Positions 17,101-22,898 of a stretch of 32,000 nt of DNA are shown here, piece after piece. Each line of letters opens with the position of its first letter. The first letter of the stretch is position 1. The stretch is taken from the NCBI RefSeq assembly GCF_016863655.1, contig NZ_BOPH01000050.1, forward strand, positions 25,665 to 57,664, read 5' to 3'. The notes beneath the pieces are model-generated. The model saw nothing but the letters and a program-made list of their open reading frames with translations. It was not told the origin of the DNA and made no database searches. The position numbers and the translations under genes are program-made. The DNA comes from Virgisporangium ochraceum. GTDB taxonomy: Bacteria; Actinomycetota; Actinomycetes; Mycobacteriales; Micromonosporaceae.

Positions 17101-20100
17101 GTGCGGGGAACCCACCTGCTCGCGGACGCCCTGCGCCCGCGCCGGTTCGTCTCGGTGTCGAGCGTCGTGACGCGCCGGCCCGGTCTCACGGGTGCCCTCG
17201 CCGGGTACGCCGCGGCCAACCACTTCCTGGCCGCCTCCGGCGCCGGCCGGGACGGTGCGGTGACGGTCCACCTGCCGCTGGTCGCCGACACCGGCATGGC
17301 CACGCCGGCGCTGACGGCGGCCCTCGCCGCGAAGGGCGTGCCCGTCGTCGACCGGGCCACCGCGGTGCGGGCGCTGCGGGCGGCCCTGACCGTCGACGGC
17401 GCGCACGAGCTGACGACCGTCGCCGAGGAACCGCCGCCGGAGCCCGGACCGCCACCCCCGGCCGGCCTGAAGGAGCTGCTGGAGCACCACGTCGGGCGGG
17501 AGCTGCGCACCGACGAGTCGCTGCTGCGACAGGGCATCGACTCTCTCACGGCGGTGGACCTCGTGAAGAAGCTGGAGCAGCGGCTCAACCGGGACCTGCC
17601 CACCACGCTGCTGTTCGAGTACGACACCATCGACGCGCTGGCCGGGTTCCTCGGCGAGGGCACGGCCCTCACGCCCGTGCAGCGCGCCTTCCACACGGCC
17701 GCCCGCATGTACCCGGACGTGCCCGCGTACGGCTACGTCCGGCAGACGCTCGACGGTCCGCTGGACGCCGCGCGGGTCGGCCGCGCGTTCGCGGTGCTGG
17801 CCGCGCGCCACCCGATGCTGCGGATGCGGCTCGTCGGCCCCGGGCCGCGGCAGGTGATCGCGCCACCGGCCACAGTGGACGTCGCACCGCCGTGGTTCAG
17901 CGAGGTGAGCCTGCGCACGACGCCGGAACAGCTCGACGAGGACCTGTGCAACCGGCCGATCGACCTCTTCCACGAGGCGCCGCTGCGCGCCGTGCTCGCC
18001 CGCGAGTCGTCCGGTCTCTCGCATCTCGTGATCGTCGGCCACCACGCCGCCGTCGACGGGTACAGCCTCCACCTGCTGTGCCAGGAGCTGTGGTCGATCT
18101 ACCGCGACGGCGCCGGCCCGGTGGCGCAGACCCCGTTCTCCGGGCTGCCGGTGACCCCGGCCTCCACAGTGGACACCGCGTACTGGCGGCGCGCGCTCGC
18201 CACCTACCCCGCCGGCCTCGCGCTGCCCTACGACGGAGACCCGTCCGCGGCACCGGCGCCGCCGCTGGTCACCCACCGGGTCGCGACCGACGCGGCGGCG
18301 CTGCGGGAAGCCGCCGCCGACGCCGGTGTCTCGCTGTTCCACCTCGTGCTCGCGTCGTACCTGCGGTGCCTCGCCACGTGGACGGGGCAGGAGCGGGTCG
18401 CGGTGACCGTCGCCCGGGCGGGCCGGGATGCCCGGGTGCCCGGGATCGGCGCGCTCATCGGTCCGCTCGCCGACGTGCTGCCGGTGGCGGTCGAGGTCGG
18501 CCCGGCCGACGACGTGCGCGCGGTGGCGGCCCGGGTGCGCGCGGCCTGGCTGGAGTCGGAGCGGCACGCATCGGTGTCCGGTGTGGACATCGGCCGCCTC
18601 GCGCCGGCCGGGGGCGCCGGGCTGCGGACGGCCGGGTTCAGCTTCGCCCGCTTCCCGGTGACCGTCGACACCGCCGGCCTGCCACCGGTGACCGCCACCG
18701 CGGCGGGCACCGGCTCGGCCGCCACCCGGCTGAGCCTGCTCGCGTGGGAGCTCGACGGGTCGCTGCACCTGTCGTGGACGTTCCCGCTCGCGTTGTTCCG
18801 CCGGGAGACCGTGGCGCGGCTCGCGACGGAGCACCTGGCCACGCTGACGGCCGCCGCGGGAGAGCACCCGGCCACGCTGACGGCCGCCGCGGGAGAGCGC
18901 CGGGCCGGGATCGTGCGCCGCGTCCTCGACCGCTGCGCCACCACGCCGGACGCCGTCGCCGTCGACCCGATGACGGGTCCGCCGCTCACCTACCGGGACC
19001 TCGACCGGGAATCCGGCCGCCTGGCCGCCGCGCTCGCGGCCCGCTCGGCCGGCGCGCGGGTCGGTCTGCTGACCCGGCCCGGCGTCGACACGGTCGTCGG
19101 CGTGCTGGGCGTGCTGCGGTCCGGCGCCGCGTACGTCCCGGTGGACGCCACCCACCCGCCCGGCCGCCTGCGCGACCAGCTCGACCGGGCCGGGGTCCGC
19201 CTGGTCGTGTGTCACGCGGCCACCGCCGACGCGGCGGCCGCGATCGGCCTGGAGCGGTTGGACCTGTCGGAGACCGGGGCGGCGACGTCCACTGTGGACG
19301 CCGAACCGGGTGACCTCGCGTACGTCATGTTCACCTCGGGGTCGACCGGCCGCCCCAAGGCTGTTCCGGTGACCCACACCGCGCTCGCCACCTACCTCGA
19401 CTGGGCCGTCGACACGTTCGGGTACGGGCCGGACGACCGGATGCTGCAGGTCGCACCGAGCTGTTTCGACGCCTCGGTGCGGCAGATCCTCGCGCCGCTG
19501 CTCGCCGGCGCGACGGTGGTTCCGGTCGACCGCGACCTGCTGCGCGACCCGGACGCGCTGCTCCGCCTCCTGGAACGCGGCCGGATCACGGTGTGGAGCT
19601 CGGTGCCGTCGCTGTGGGAACGGCTGCTCGCCGCCGCCGAACGACGGGCCGACCGGCCGGACCTGTCCGCACTGCGGTGGGTGCACGTCGGCGGCGAGCC
19701 GCTGGCGGTCGGCGCGGTGCGGCGCTGGTTCGACCTGTTCGGCGCGGGTGCACCGGTGACCAACCTGTACGGCCCGACCGAGACCACGATCAACGCGACG
19801 TACCACGTCGTCGCGCGGCGGCCGGCGGACGACGACCGCTCGGTCCCGATCGGACGGCCCGCCGCCGGTGCGCTCCTGCGGGTCGTGGACGACGACGGCC
19901 GCCCCGCCGACGAGGGCGAGCTGCTCATCGGCGGACCCGGCGTCAGCCCCGGCTACCTCGACGATCCCGAGCGCACGGCGGCCGCGTTCCGGTGGCGCGA
20001 CGGCCGGCGCTGGTACGTCAGCGGCGACGTGGTGCGGCGCCGCCCCGACGGCGTGCTGGAGTTCATCGGTCGCCGCGACGACCAGGTGAAGGTCCGCGGG

Positions 20101-22884
20101 CACCGGGTCGAACCCGGCGAGACCGAGGCGGTGCTGCGCGGTCACCCCGACGTCGAGCACGCGGCCGTCCTTCCCGACGGCACCCGGCTGGTCGCGTACG
20201 CGCAACCGCGGGCGGGAACCGATCCGGACCTGCGCGCGTACCTGCGCGAGCGGCTGCCCGAGTACCTGGTGCCGGCGCGGATCCACGTGCTCTCCGCGAT
20301 GCCGATGACCTCCGCCGGCAAGGTCGACCGGGGTCGGCTCGTGGGCACCGACGACGCGGACGCGACCGGCGGGCCACCGCGGGGCGTCACCGAGAAGGCG
20401 GTCGCGGCGGCGTGGTCGCGGCTGCTCGGCGCGGACCTGGTGGGACGCGAGGACGACTTCTTCACCCTCGGCGGCGACTCGATCCTCGCCCTGGACCTGT
20501 TCGCCCACCTGGCCGACGAGTTCCCCGGGCTCCCCCGCCCCACGGCGATCTACCGGCACCGCACCGTGCGGGCGCTGGCCGCCGCCATCGACGCGGCCCG
20601 CGGCGGACCGGAGCCCGAACCACGGGTTCCGGACCGGGCCGACACCCCGTTCCCGCTCACCGCGTCCCAGCGGGGTTTCCTGCTCGCCGAGGCGCTCGAC
20701 CCGGCCGGCAACCACGGCTGGCTGGCGCGCATCCGGCTGCGGGGGCCGCTCGACCGGGACCGGTTCCAGCGCGCCGTCGACGCGCTCGTCGAGCGGCACG
20801 GGATGCTGCGCACGGTGTTCCCGGCCGGGGCGCGGCCGCCCGTGCAGCAGGAGCTGCCGCCCGCGCTGCGGCTGCCCGTCGGGTTCCACACGTCCGATGT
20901 GGACGGTGTGGTCGCCGCGGAGCGGGTGCGCCGGTTCGAGCCGTGGGCCTGGCCGCTCATCCGGCTGCGGCTGGTGCGGGTCGGGCCGGAGGAGCACGTG
21001 CTCGTGGTCCACGCGCACCATCTCATCGGTGACGGCTACAGCGCCGCGCTGCTCGGCCGGGAGCTGCTCGACCGGTACCGCGACCCGGACCACCGGCCGC
21101 CCCCGCCGCGGAGCACGTTCCGGGACTTCGTCGCGGTCGCCGGCACCGGGCCGACGCTGCGTCCACGCGCGGTGCGGGCACCCGGCGGCGGCGCGGTGCG
21201 GGAGCACACCGGCGTCGCCGAGTCCCGTGTGGACGGTCGCACCGTCGCCGGGCTGCGACGGCTCGCCGCCGCGCATGGCGCCAGCGTCCACGGCGCCGTG
21301 CTCACCGCGTACGTGCGGGCGCTACGGCGGCACACCGGGCGCGCCGACCCCGCTGTCGGCGTCGCCACGACCGGGCGGGACCACCCGCTCCCCGACCTCA
21401 CGAGGCTGTTCGGCCCGTGTGTCACCGCCGTCGTCGTGCGGCCGGTGCCGGCCACGGGCTTCGTCGCCGACCTGCGGGCGGTGGCCGCGGCGCTGGAGAC
21501 GGCGCACGACAGCACGGCCGGCGGTGAGGTCGACGCCTTCCTCACGTACCTGGACTTCACCTCGCTCACCCGCCCGACCGGACCGGGCGAGCTGACCGCG
21601 GAGTGGGAGCCCGGCACCGAACTGGACCCGCCGGCCGCCGGCGCGGAGGTCGTACTCGCCGCCCGGCCCACGGACGACGGCCTGCTGTTCACCGTCCGCG
21701 CCGCGCTGCCACCGGACCGGGCGCGGGCTCTCGCCGACGCGGTCAGGGACGAGCTCACGGACGCGATCAGGCACGAGCTCACGGACGCGGTCAAGGGCCG
21801 CGCACGACGGAGAAGCTGGGCCGGGACGCTCGACGCCGCCCTGATCGGTTACCTGCCCTCGCCGGCGCACCTGGCCGCGATGGCCGGCCTGCCCACGAAC
21901 GCCGTTCCGCGCGACCGGGTCCGGGCCGCCCTCTTCCCGGGCGGCGCGCCCCGCCTCCTCGAGGTCGCCGAGACCGCCCTCGGCCGCTCCGGATACGTCT
22001 GTCTGCCCCGGTTCGCCGACGAACTGTCCACCGTGGACGGCCTGGCGGCCGAGGTCACCCGGGCGGTCGGGGAGGCGCACCGGTTCGGGGCACGCGGCGT
22101 CTCGCTGGCGGGGATGCTGCCGTCGCTCACCGGGTACGGGTTCGCGCTCGGGGACGACGACACGGTCACCACCGGGCACGCCGCCACGGCCGTGGCGGTC
22201 GCGGGCACCGTGGCCGCCGCGCTCAGCGCCACCGGCCGGGCGCCGGGCACGATCGCGTTCCTGGGCGTCGGCTCGATCGGACGCGCCGCGTTGAACCTCG
22301 TGCTGGCGCGGCTTCCCGAGCGGCCCGACCGGGTGCTGCTGTGCGACCTCCCCGCCACGGTGCCCGTCCTCCAGGAGCTACGCCGCACGCTGATGGACGC
22401 CGGCCACCGCGTGTCGATCGGCGACTGGTCCGACGCCGACCTGATCGTCGCGGCCACCAGCGCGTCGACGGCTCCGCTGCGGGCGGAGGACCTGCGGCCC
22501 GGCACGATCGTCGTCGACGACTCGTTCCCGCCGGCCATCGACCCCGTCGCCGCGCTCGACCGCATGCGCCTGAAGCGCGACGTGCTCGTGGTCGGCGGCG
22601 GGCTGCTCGCCGTCGGAGCCGTCGACCGCGTCACCGCGCCGGACCTGCCGCCGGACGTGATCGAGCGGTACGCCGCGCAGCCGCGGGTGCCCGGAACGCT
22701 GGCGTCGTGCCAGGTGGAGTCGCTGGCCCGGGCCGCCGATCCGGGGCTGCCGCGGGTCCGTGGCCTCGTGGAGCCCGAGGTCGCCGCCGCCTACGCGTCG
22801 GCGCTCGATCGGCTGGGCGTCGGCACCGCGCCGCCGCACCTGATGCACCACGTGATCGACCCGGCGACCCTGCGGCTGCCGTAG
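12673..22884 (+). CDS. Hybrid PKS-NRPS megasynthase: FAAL-ACP-KS-(AT-less linker)-KR-ACP-C-A-PCP-C-(AAR-like NAD(P) domain)
   Basis: In-frame ATG at 12673 (MTLVDVLLRAADEAPDQVVV...) inside track ORF 12232..22884. The first 147 codons of the track ORF overlap the MarR gene in another frame and are Arg/Pro-rich junk. Domain motifs are listed in the sub-features below. Confidence 0.95.
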   Translation: MTLVDVLLRAADEAPDQVVVHVHADGTETTVTHRQLRDDALRVAAGLSAVPRGMPVILRLDRSADFQAAFWGAVCAGLVPVPLAPGATHVAAALDHPPVVTAADLPALRRNGSTGVRRRAADDLAFLQYSSGSTGDPRGVEVTHANIVANLSQSVAAGGFRSSDVIVTWLPYHHDMGLIGSHLVPLSVHMRQVVLSPVTFAKRPVRWLETATRHRATVLPAVNFALALVVRRVPDWDAFDLSPVRLCAVGAEPIAPAVWRSFLEKAAAAGLNPAAVQPVYGLAEATLGVCAPPLGEAAVPVVLDRAALAEGRAEPASSGVGAEFMDVGHPVPGCTVRIVDDARAALPDDRVGHIEVRGPNVARGYHRDPDATARSFVDGWLRTGDLGFLRRGRLCVTGRAKDVVFVNGATLHASDLEAVAAATPGMPAGTCAVVGTPDPATGADRVVVFVPRHSPVARVAGRIAAATGHSDVHVVPLATLPRTTSGKVRRALLRARFEAGEFPAKPDAESTVRRAWGRALRRDPATLDAHDRFLEIGGTSLTAMQVLADLEDAYGVELDPLVLRDHATIAQLAGYLDGHRPTPARPTTGAAPATGTVAVIGMACRFPGADTPERFWDALLAGYDAVADSTRWAGSGSFLDDPAAFDAAFFGLDADEAGHTDPQTRILLEVAHEALERAGYAGHRRRGVRVGVFAAAGESGYADLQRRAGVSPRAGLIGGLRTLVAARVAHALDLDGPALVVDTACSSALVALHLARLSIAAGECDLAVVGGVNLNLTSDAHRALDDARAVSKTGRCRVFSADADGIVPGEGAAALVLAGAEAARRRGDPVLALVRGSAVNNDGRSLSVLTPNPPRQQEVIARAYRESGVDPARVSYVEAHGTGTVLGDPIEVRSLARALPPRRDGRPRWLGSVKANLGHLLNAAGMPALVKVVLALGHRRLPPSPHHDPVSTRLGLAGAGLAVVAGPVEWTADGPLVAGVNGFGFGGTNAHVILEEPPTAPVSARRPGPHLLTLSAGSPRALDEAVAALRAHATARPDLGAGDLCASAGSARDHGRHRVSVVVDGDSAADVAAALATATPVTAAGSARLAFVLPPTGGVGAALARRLMAAGIRPDTVVRAGSAVDGSAVVVAFAGAAPGAAVPGDGPRAAVPGAHVVPADADGRALLALAGRLWEVGVPLDRTALDAGSTRVPVPTYPFQRQRYWVDPPPALHRLDWRPAPLAAGEPRPVLVHRVGPSSTVDSVGSLDAEVRAAVAAVRGLLDRRTGAVLVVTEDVYATGAPGETVRPAQAVAVGLALALPAEVPGLGVRVVDLSTVDGADRHAAALERESTAPPAPGAAEVVAWRGGERLTRVAVPVDGAGTGPVGGAYLVTGGTGGLGTALARDLAASGRPTVVLVARGATPPADLLAELRSLGARAHYIPCDVGDPASVEALAAAVDALAPTLDAVFHAAGVLRPGSLAAQSDDDLAAVLAPKVRGTHLLADALRPRRFVSVSSVVTRRPGLTGALAGYAAANHFLAASGAGRDGAVTVHLPLVADTGMATPALTAALAAKGVPVVDRATAVRALRAALTVDGAHELTTVAEEPPPEPGPPPPAGLKELLEHHVGRELRTDESLLRQGIDSLTAVDLVKKLEQRLNRDLPTTLLFEYDTIDALAGFLGEGTALTPVQRAFHTAARMYPDVPAYGYVRQTLDGPLDAARVGRAFAVLAARHPMLRMRLVGPGPRQVIAPPATVDVAPPWFSEVSLRTTPEQLDEDLCNRPIDLFHEAPLRAVLARESSGLSHLVIVGHHAAVDGYSLHLLCQELWSIYRDGAGPVAQTPFSGLPVTPASTVDTAYWRRALATYPAGLALPYDGDPSAAPAPPLVTHRVATDAAALREAAADAGVSLFHLVLASYLRCLATWTGQERVAVTVARAGRDARVPGIGALIGPLADVLPVAVEVGPADDVRAVAARVRAAWLESERHASVSGVDIGRLAPAGGAGLRTAGFSFARFPVTVDTAGLPPVTATAAGTGSAATRLSLLAWELDGSLHLSWTFPLALFRRETVARLATEHLATLTAAAGEHPATLTAAAGERRAGIVRRVLDRCATTPDAVAVDPMTGPPLTYRDLDRESGRLAAALAARSAGARVGLLTRPGVDTVVGVLGVLRSGAAYVPVDATHPPGRLRDQLDRAGVRLVVCHAATADAAAAIGLERLDLSETGAATSTVDAEPGDLAYVMFTSGSTGRPKAVPVTHTALATYLDWAVDTFGYGPDDRMLQVAPSCFDASVRQILAPLLAGATVVPVDRDLLRDPDALLRLLERGRITVWSSVPSLWERLLAAAERRADRPDLSALRWVHVGGEPLAVGAVRRWFDLFGAGAPVTNLYGPTETTINATYHVVARRPADDDRSVPIGRPAAGALLRVVDDDGRPADEGELLIGGPGVSPGYLDDPERTAAAFRWRDGRRWYVSGDVVRRRPDGVLEFIGRRDDQVKVRGHRVEPGETEAVLRGHPDVEHAAVLPDGTRLVAYAQPRAGTDPDLRAYLRERLPEYLVPARIHVLSAMPMTSAGKVDRGRLVGTDDADATGGPPRGVTEKAVAAAWSRLLGADLVGREDDFFTLGGDSILALDLFAHLADEFPGLPRPTAIYRHRTVRALAAAIDAARGGPEPEPRVPDRADTPFPLTASQRGFLLAEALDPAGNHGWLARIRLRGPLDRDRFQRAVDALVERHGMLRTVFPAGARPPVQQELPPALRLPVGFHTSDVDGVVAAERVRRFEPWAWPLIRLRLVRVGPEEHVLVVHAHHLIGDGYSAALLGRELLDRYRDPDHRPPPPRSTFRDFVAVAGTGPTLRPRAVRAPGGGAVREHTGVAESRVDGRTVAGLRRLAAAHGASVHGAVLTAYVRALRRHTGRADPAVGVATTGRDHPLPDLTRLFGPCVTAVVVRPVPATGFVADLRAVAAALETAHDSTAGGEVDAFLTYLDFTSLTRPTGPGELTAEWEPGTELDPPAAGAEVVLAARPTDDGLLFTVRAALPPDRARALADAVRDELTDAIRHELTDAVKGRARRRSWAGTLDAALIGYLPSPAHLAAMAGLPTNAVPRDRVRAALFPGGAPRLLEVAETALGRSGYVCLPRFADELSTVDGLAAEVTRAVGEAHRFGARGVSLAGMLPSLTGYGFALGDDDTVTTGHAATAVAVAGTVAAALSATGRAPGTIAFLGVGSIGRAALNLVLARLPERPDRVLLCDLPATVPVLQELRRTLMDAGHRVSIGDWSDADLIVAATSASTAPLRAEDLRPGTIVVDDSFPPAIDPVAALDRMRLKRDVLVVGGGLLAVGAVDRVTAPDLPPDVIERYAAQPRVPGTLASCQVESLARAADPGLPRVRGLVEPEVAAAYASALDRLGVGTAPPHLMHHVIDPATLRLP
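14200..14410 (+). other. Domain: carrier protein 1 (ACP)
   Basis: Motif DRFLEIGGTSLTAMQVLADLE. The phosphopantetheine Ser codon is at 14290..14292. Confidence 0.8.
14461..15660 (+). other. Domain: ketosynthase (Cys-His-His triad intact)
   Basis: Motifs: VAVIGMACRFPGA, VVDTACSSALVALH (Cys codon 14905..14907), YVEAHGTGTVLGDPIE, GSVKANLGHLLNAAG, GFGFGGTNAHVILEE. Confidence 0.9.
15661..16290 (+). other. KS-to-KR linker lacking an acyltransferase core (AT remnant)
   Basis: Only about 200 aa separate TNAHVILEE from the post-AT-linker signature PTYPFQRQRYWV. A relic of the AT N-terminus (ARLAFVLPPTGG, where FVFPGQGxQ is usual) is present. There is no GHSxG and no xAxH motif. Confidence 0.7.
16387..16397. 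repeat. Iterated palindrome copy: TCCACTGTGGA
   Basis: Within the megasynthase. Read as tcc act gtg gac (S-T-V-D); ACT is a rare Thr codon. Confidence 0.9.
16614..16626. repeat. Iterated palindrome copy: GTCCACGGTGGAC
   Basis: Within the megasynthase. Read as tcc acg gtg gac (S-T-V-D). Confidence 0.9.
17455..17670 (+). other. Domain: carrier protein 2 (ACP)
   Basis: Motif LLRQGIDSLTAVDLVKKLEQ. The Ser codon is at 17542..17544. Confidence 0.8.
17870..17878. repeat. Iterated palindrome copy: CCACAGTGG (context GCCACAGTGGAC)
   Basis: Within the megasynthase. Read as gcc aca gtg gac (A-T-V-D); ACA is a rare Thr codon. Confidence 0.9.
18163..18173. repeat. Iterated palindrome copy: TCCACAGTGGA
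   Basis: Within the megasynthase. Read as tcc aca gtg gac (S-T-V-D). Confidence 0.9.
18829..18906 (+). repeat. In-frame 33-bp tandem duplication (2.4 copies) in the C-A interdomain linker
   Basis: Unit 18829..18861 (gagcacctggccacgctgacggccgccgcggga) and unit 18862..18894 differ at one base. A partial third copy follows. They encode EHLATLTAAAG / EHPATLTAAAG / ERRAG. Confidence 0.9.
18900..20345 (+). other. Domain: NRPS adenylation domain
   Basis: Motifs: LTYRDLD, LRSGAAYVPVD, LAYVMFTSGSTGRPKAV, SCFDASVRQI, NLYGPTETTI, GELLIGGPGVSPGY, YVSGDVV, QVKVRGHRVEPGE, SAGKVDR (Lys codon 20320..20322). Confidence 0.9.
19286..19300. repeat. Iterated palindrome copy: CGTCCACTGTGGACG (7-bp arms)
   Basis: Within the megasynthase A domain. 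Read as tcc act gtg gac (S-T-V-D). Confidence 0.9.
20380..20600 (+). other. Domain: peptidyl carrier protein
   Basis: Motif DDFFTLGGDSILALDLFAHL. The Ser codon is at 20479..20481. Confidence 0.85.
20640..21735 (+). other. Domain: condensation domain 2 (terminal; no carrier domain follows it)
   Basis: Motifs PFPLTASQRGFLLAEAL and VLVVHAHHLIGDGYSAALL (HHxxxDG; His codons 21016..21021). Confidence 0.75.
21736..21798 (+). repeat. In-frame 24-bp tandem duplication (2.6 copies) at the C2 / terminal-domain junction
   Basis: Unit 21736..21759 (gacgcggtcagggacgagctcacg) and unit 21760..21783 (gacgcgatcaggcacgagctcacg) differ at 2 bases. A partial third copy follows. They encode DAVRDELT / DAIRHELT / DAVKG. 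Confidence 0.85.
21800..22881 (+). other. Domain: C-terminal NAD(P)-binding domain resembling acyl-ACP reductase (AAR) / shikimate-DH-like fold; candidate reductive release domain
   Basis: Sequence blocks: ALIGYLPSPAHL, GVSLAGMLPSLTGYGF, VTTGHAATAVAVAGTV, IAFLGVGSIGRAALNLV (GxGxxG), DLIVAATSA, IVVDDSFPPAI, VLVVGGGLL, TLASCQVESL (Cys codon 22708..22710). The resemblance to AAR is from memory and was not searched. Confidence 0.5.
22026..22038. repeat. Iterated palindrome copy: GTCCACCGTGGAC
   Basis: Within the megasynthase terminal domain. Read as tcc acc gtg gac (S-T-V-D). Confidence 0.9.
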
Positions 22885-22898
22885 CCGACGGAGACCGG

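Larger units (their letters stand above)
16300..17420 (+). other. Domain: ketoreductase
   Basis: Rossmann motif AYLVTGGTGGLGTALARDL (about nt 16780). Catalytic region SVSSVVTRRPGLTGALAGYAAANHFL (about nt 17150..17230). Confidence 0.8.
17671..18830 (+). other. Domain: condensation domain 1
   Basis: Motifs LTPVQRAFHTA... and LVIVGHHAAVDGYSLHLL (HHxxxDG; His codons 18040..18045). Confidence 0.8.

Noticed and set aside
18576-18593. 18-nt exact match (GTCCGGTGTGGACATCGG) between the synthase and the unassigned region at 30462..30479
   Set aside because: My rough estimate is about 0.3 such matches expected by chance in 32 kb of this base composition. There is no extended similarity on either side.
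15757-21291. 1,844-aa minus-strand ORF, together with other very long overlapping ORFs: 12894..16718(+), 13156..15702(-), 16941..19313(+), 7622..10171(+), 5475..7217(-), 9621..11126(-) and 21603..23603(+)
   Set aside because: These are typical high-G+C shadow ORFs. Their translations are Arg/Gly/Pro/Ala-rich and low in complexity, with no motifs. Each overlaps a frame that carries clear domain signatures.
12673-22884. Classifying the synthase as a classical trans-AT PKS
   Set aside because: There is only one PKS module. It retains a cis-AT-type post-AT linker (YPFQRQRYW) and a relic of the AT N-terminus. No trans-AT gene lies in the window. An internal AT deletion fits what I can see better.
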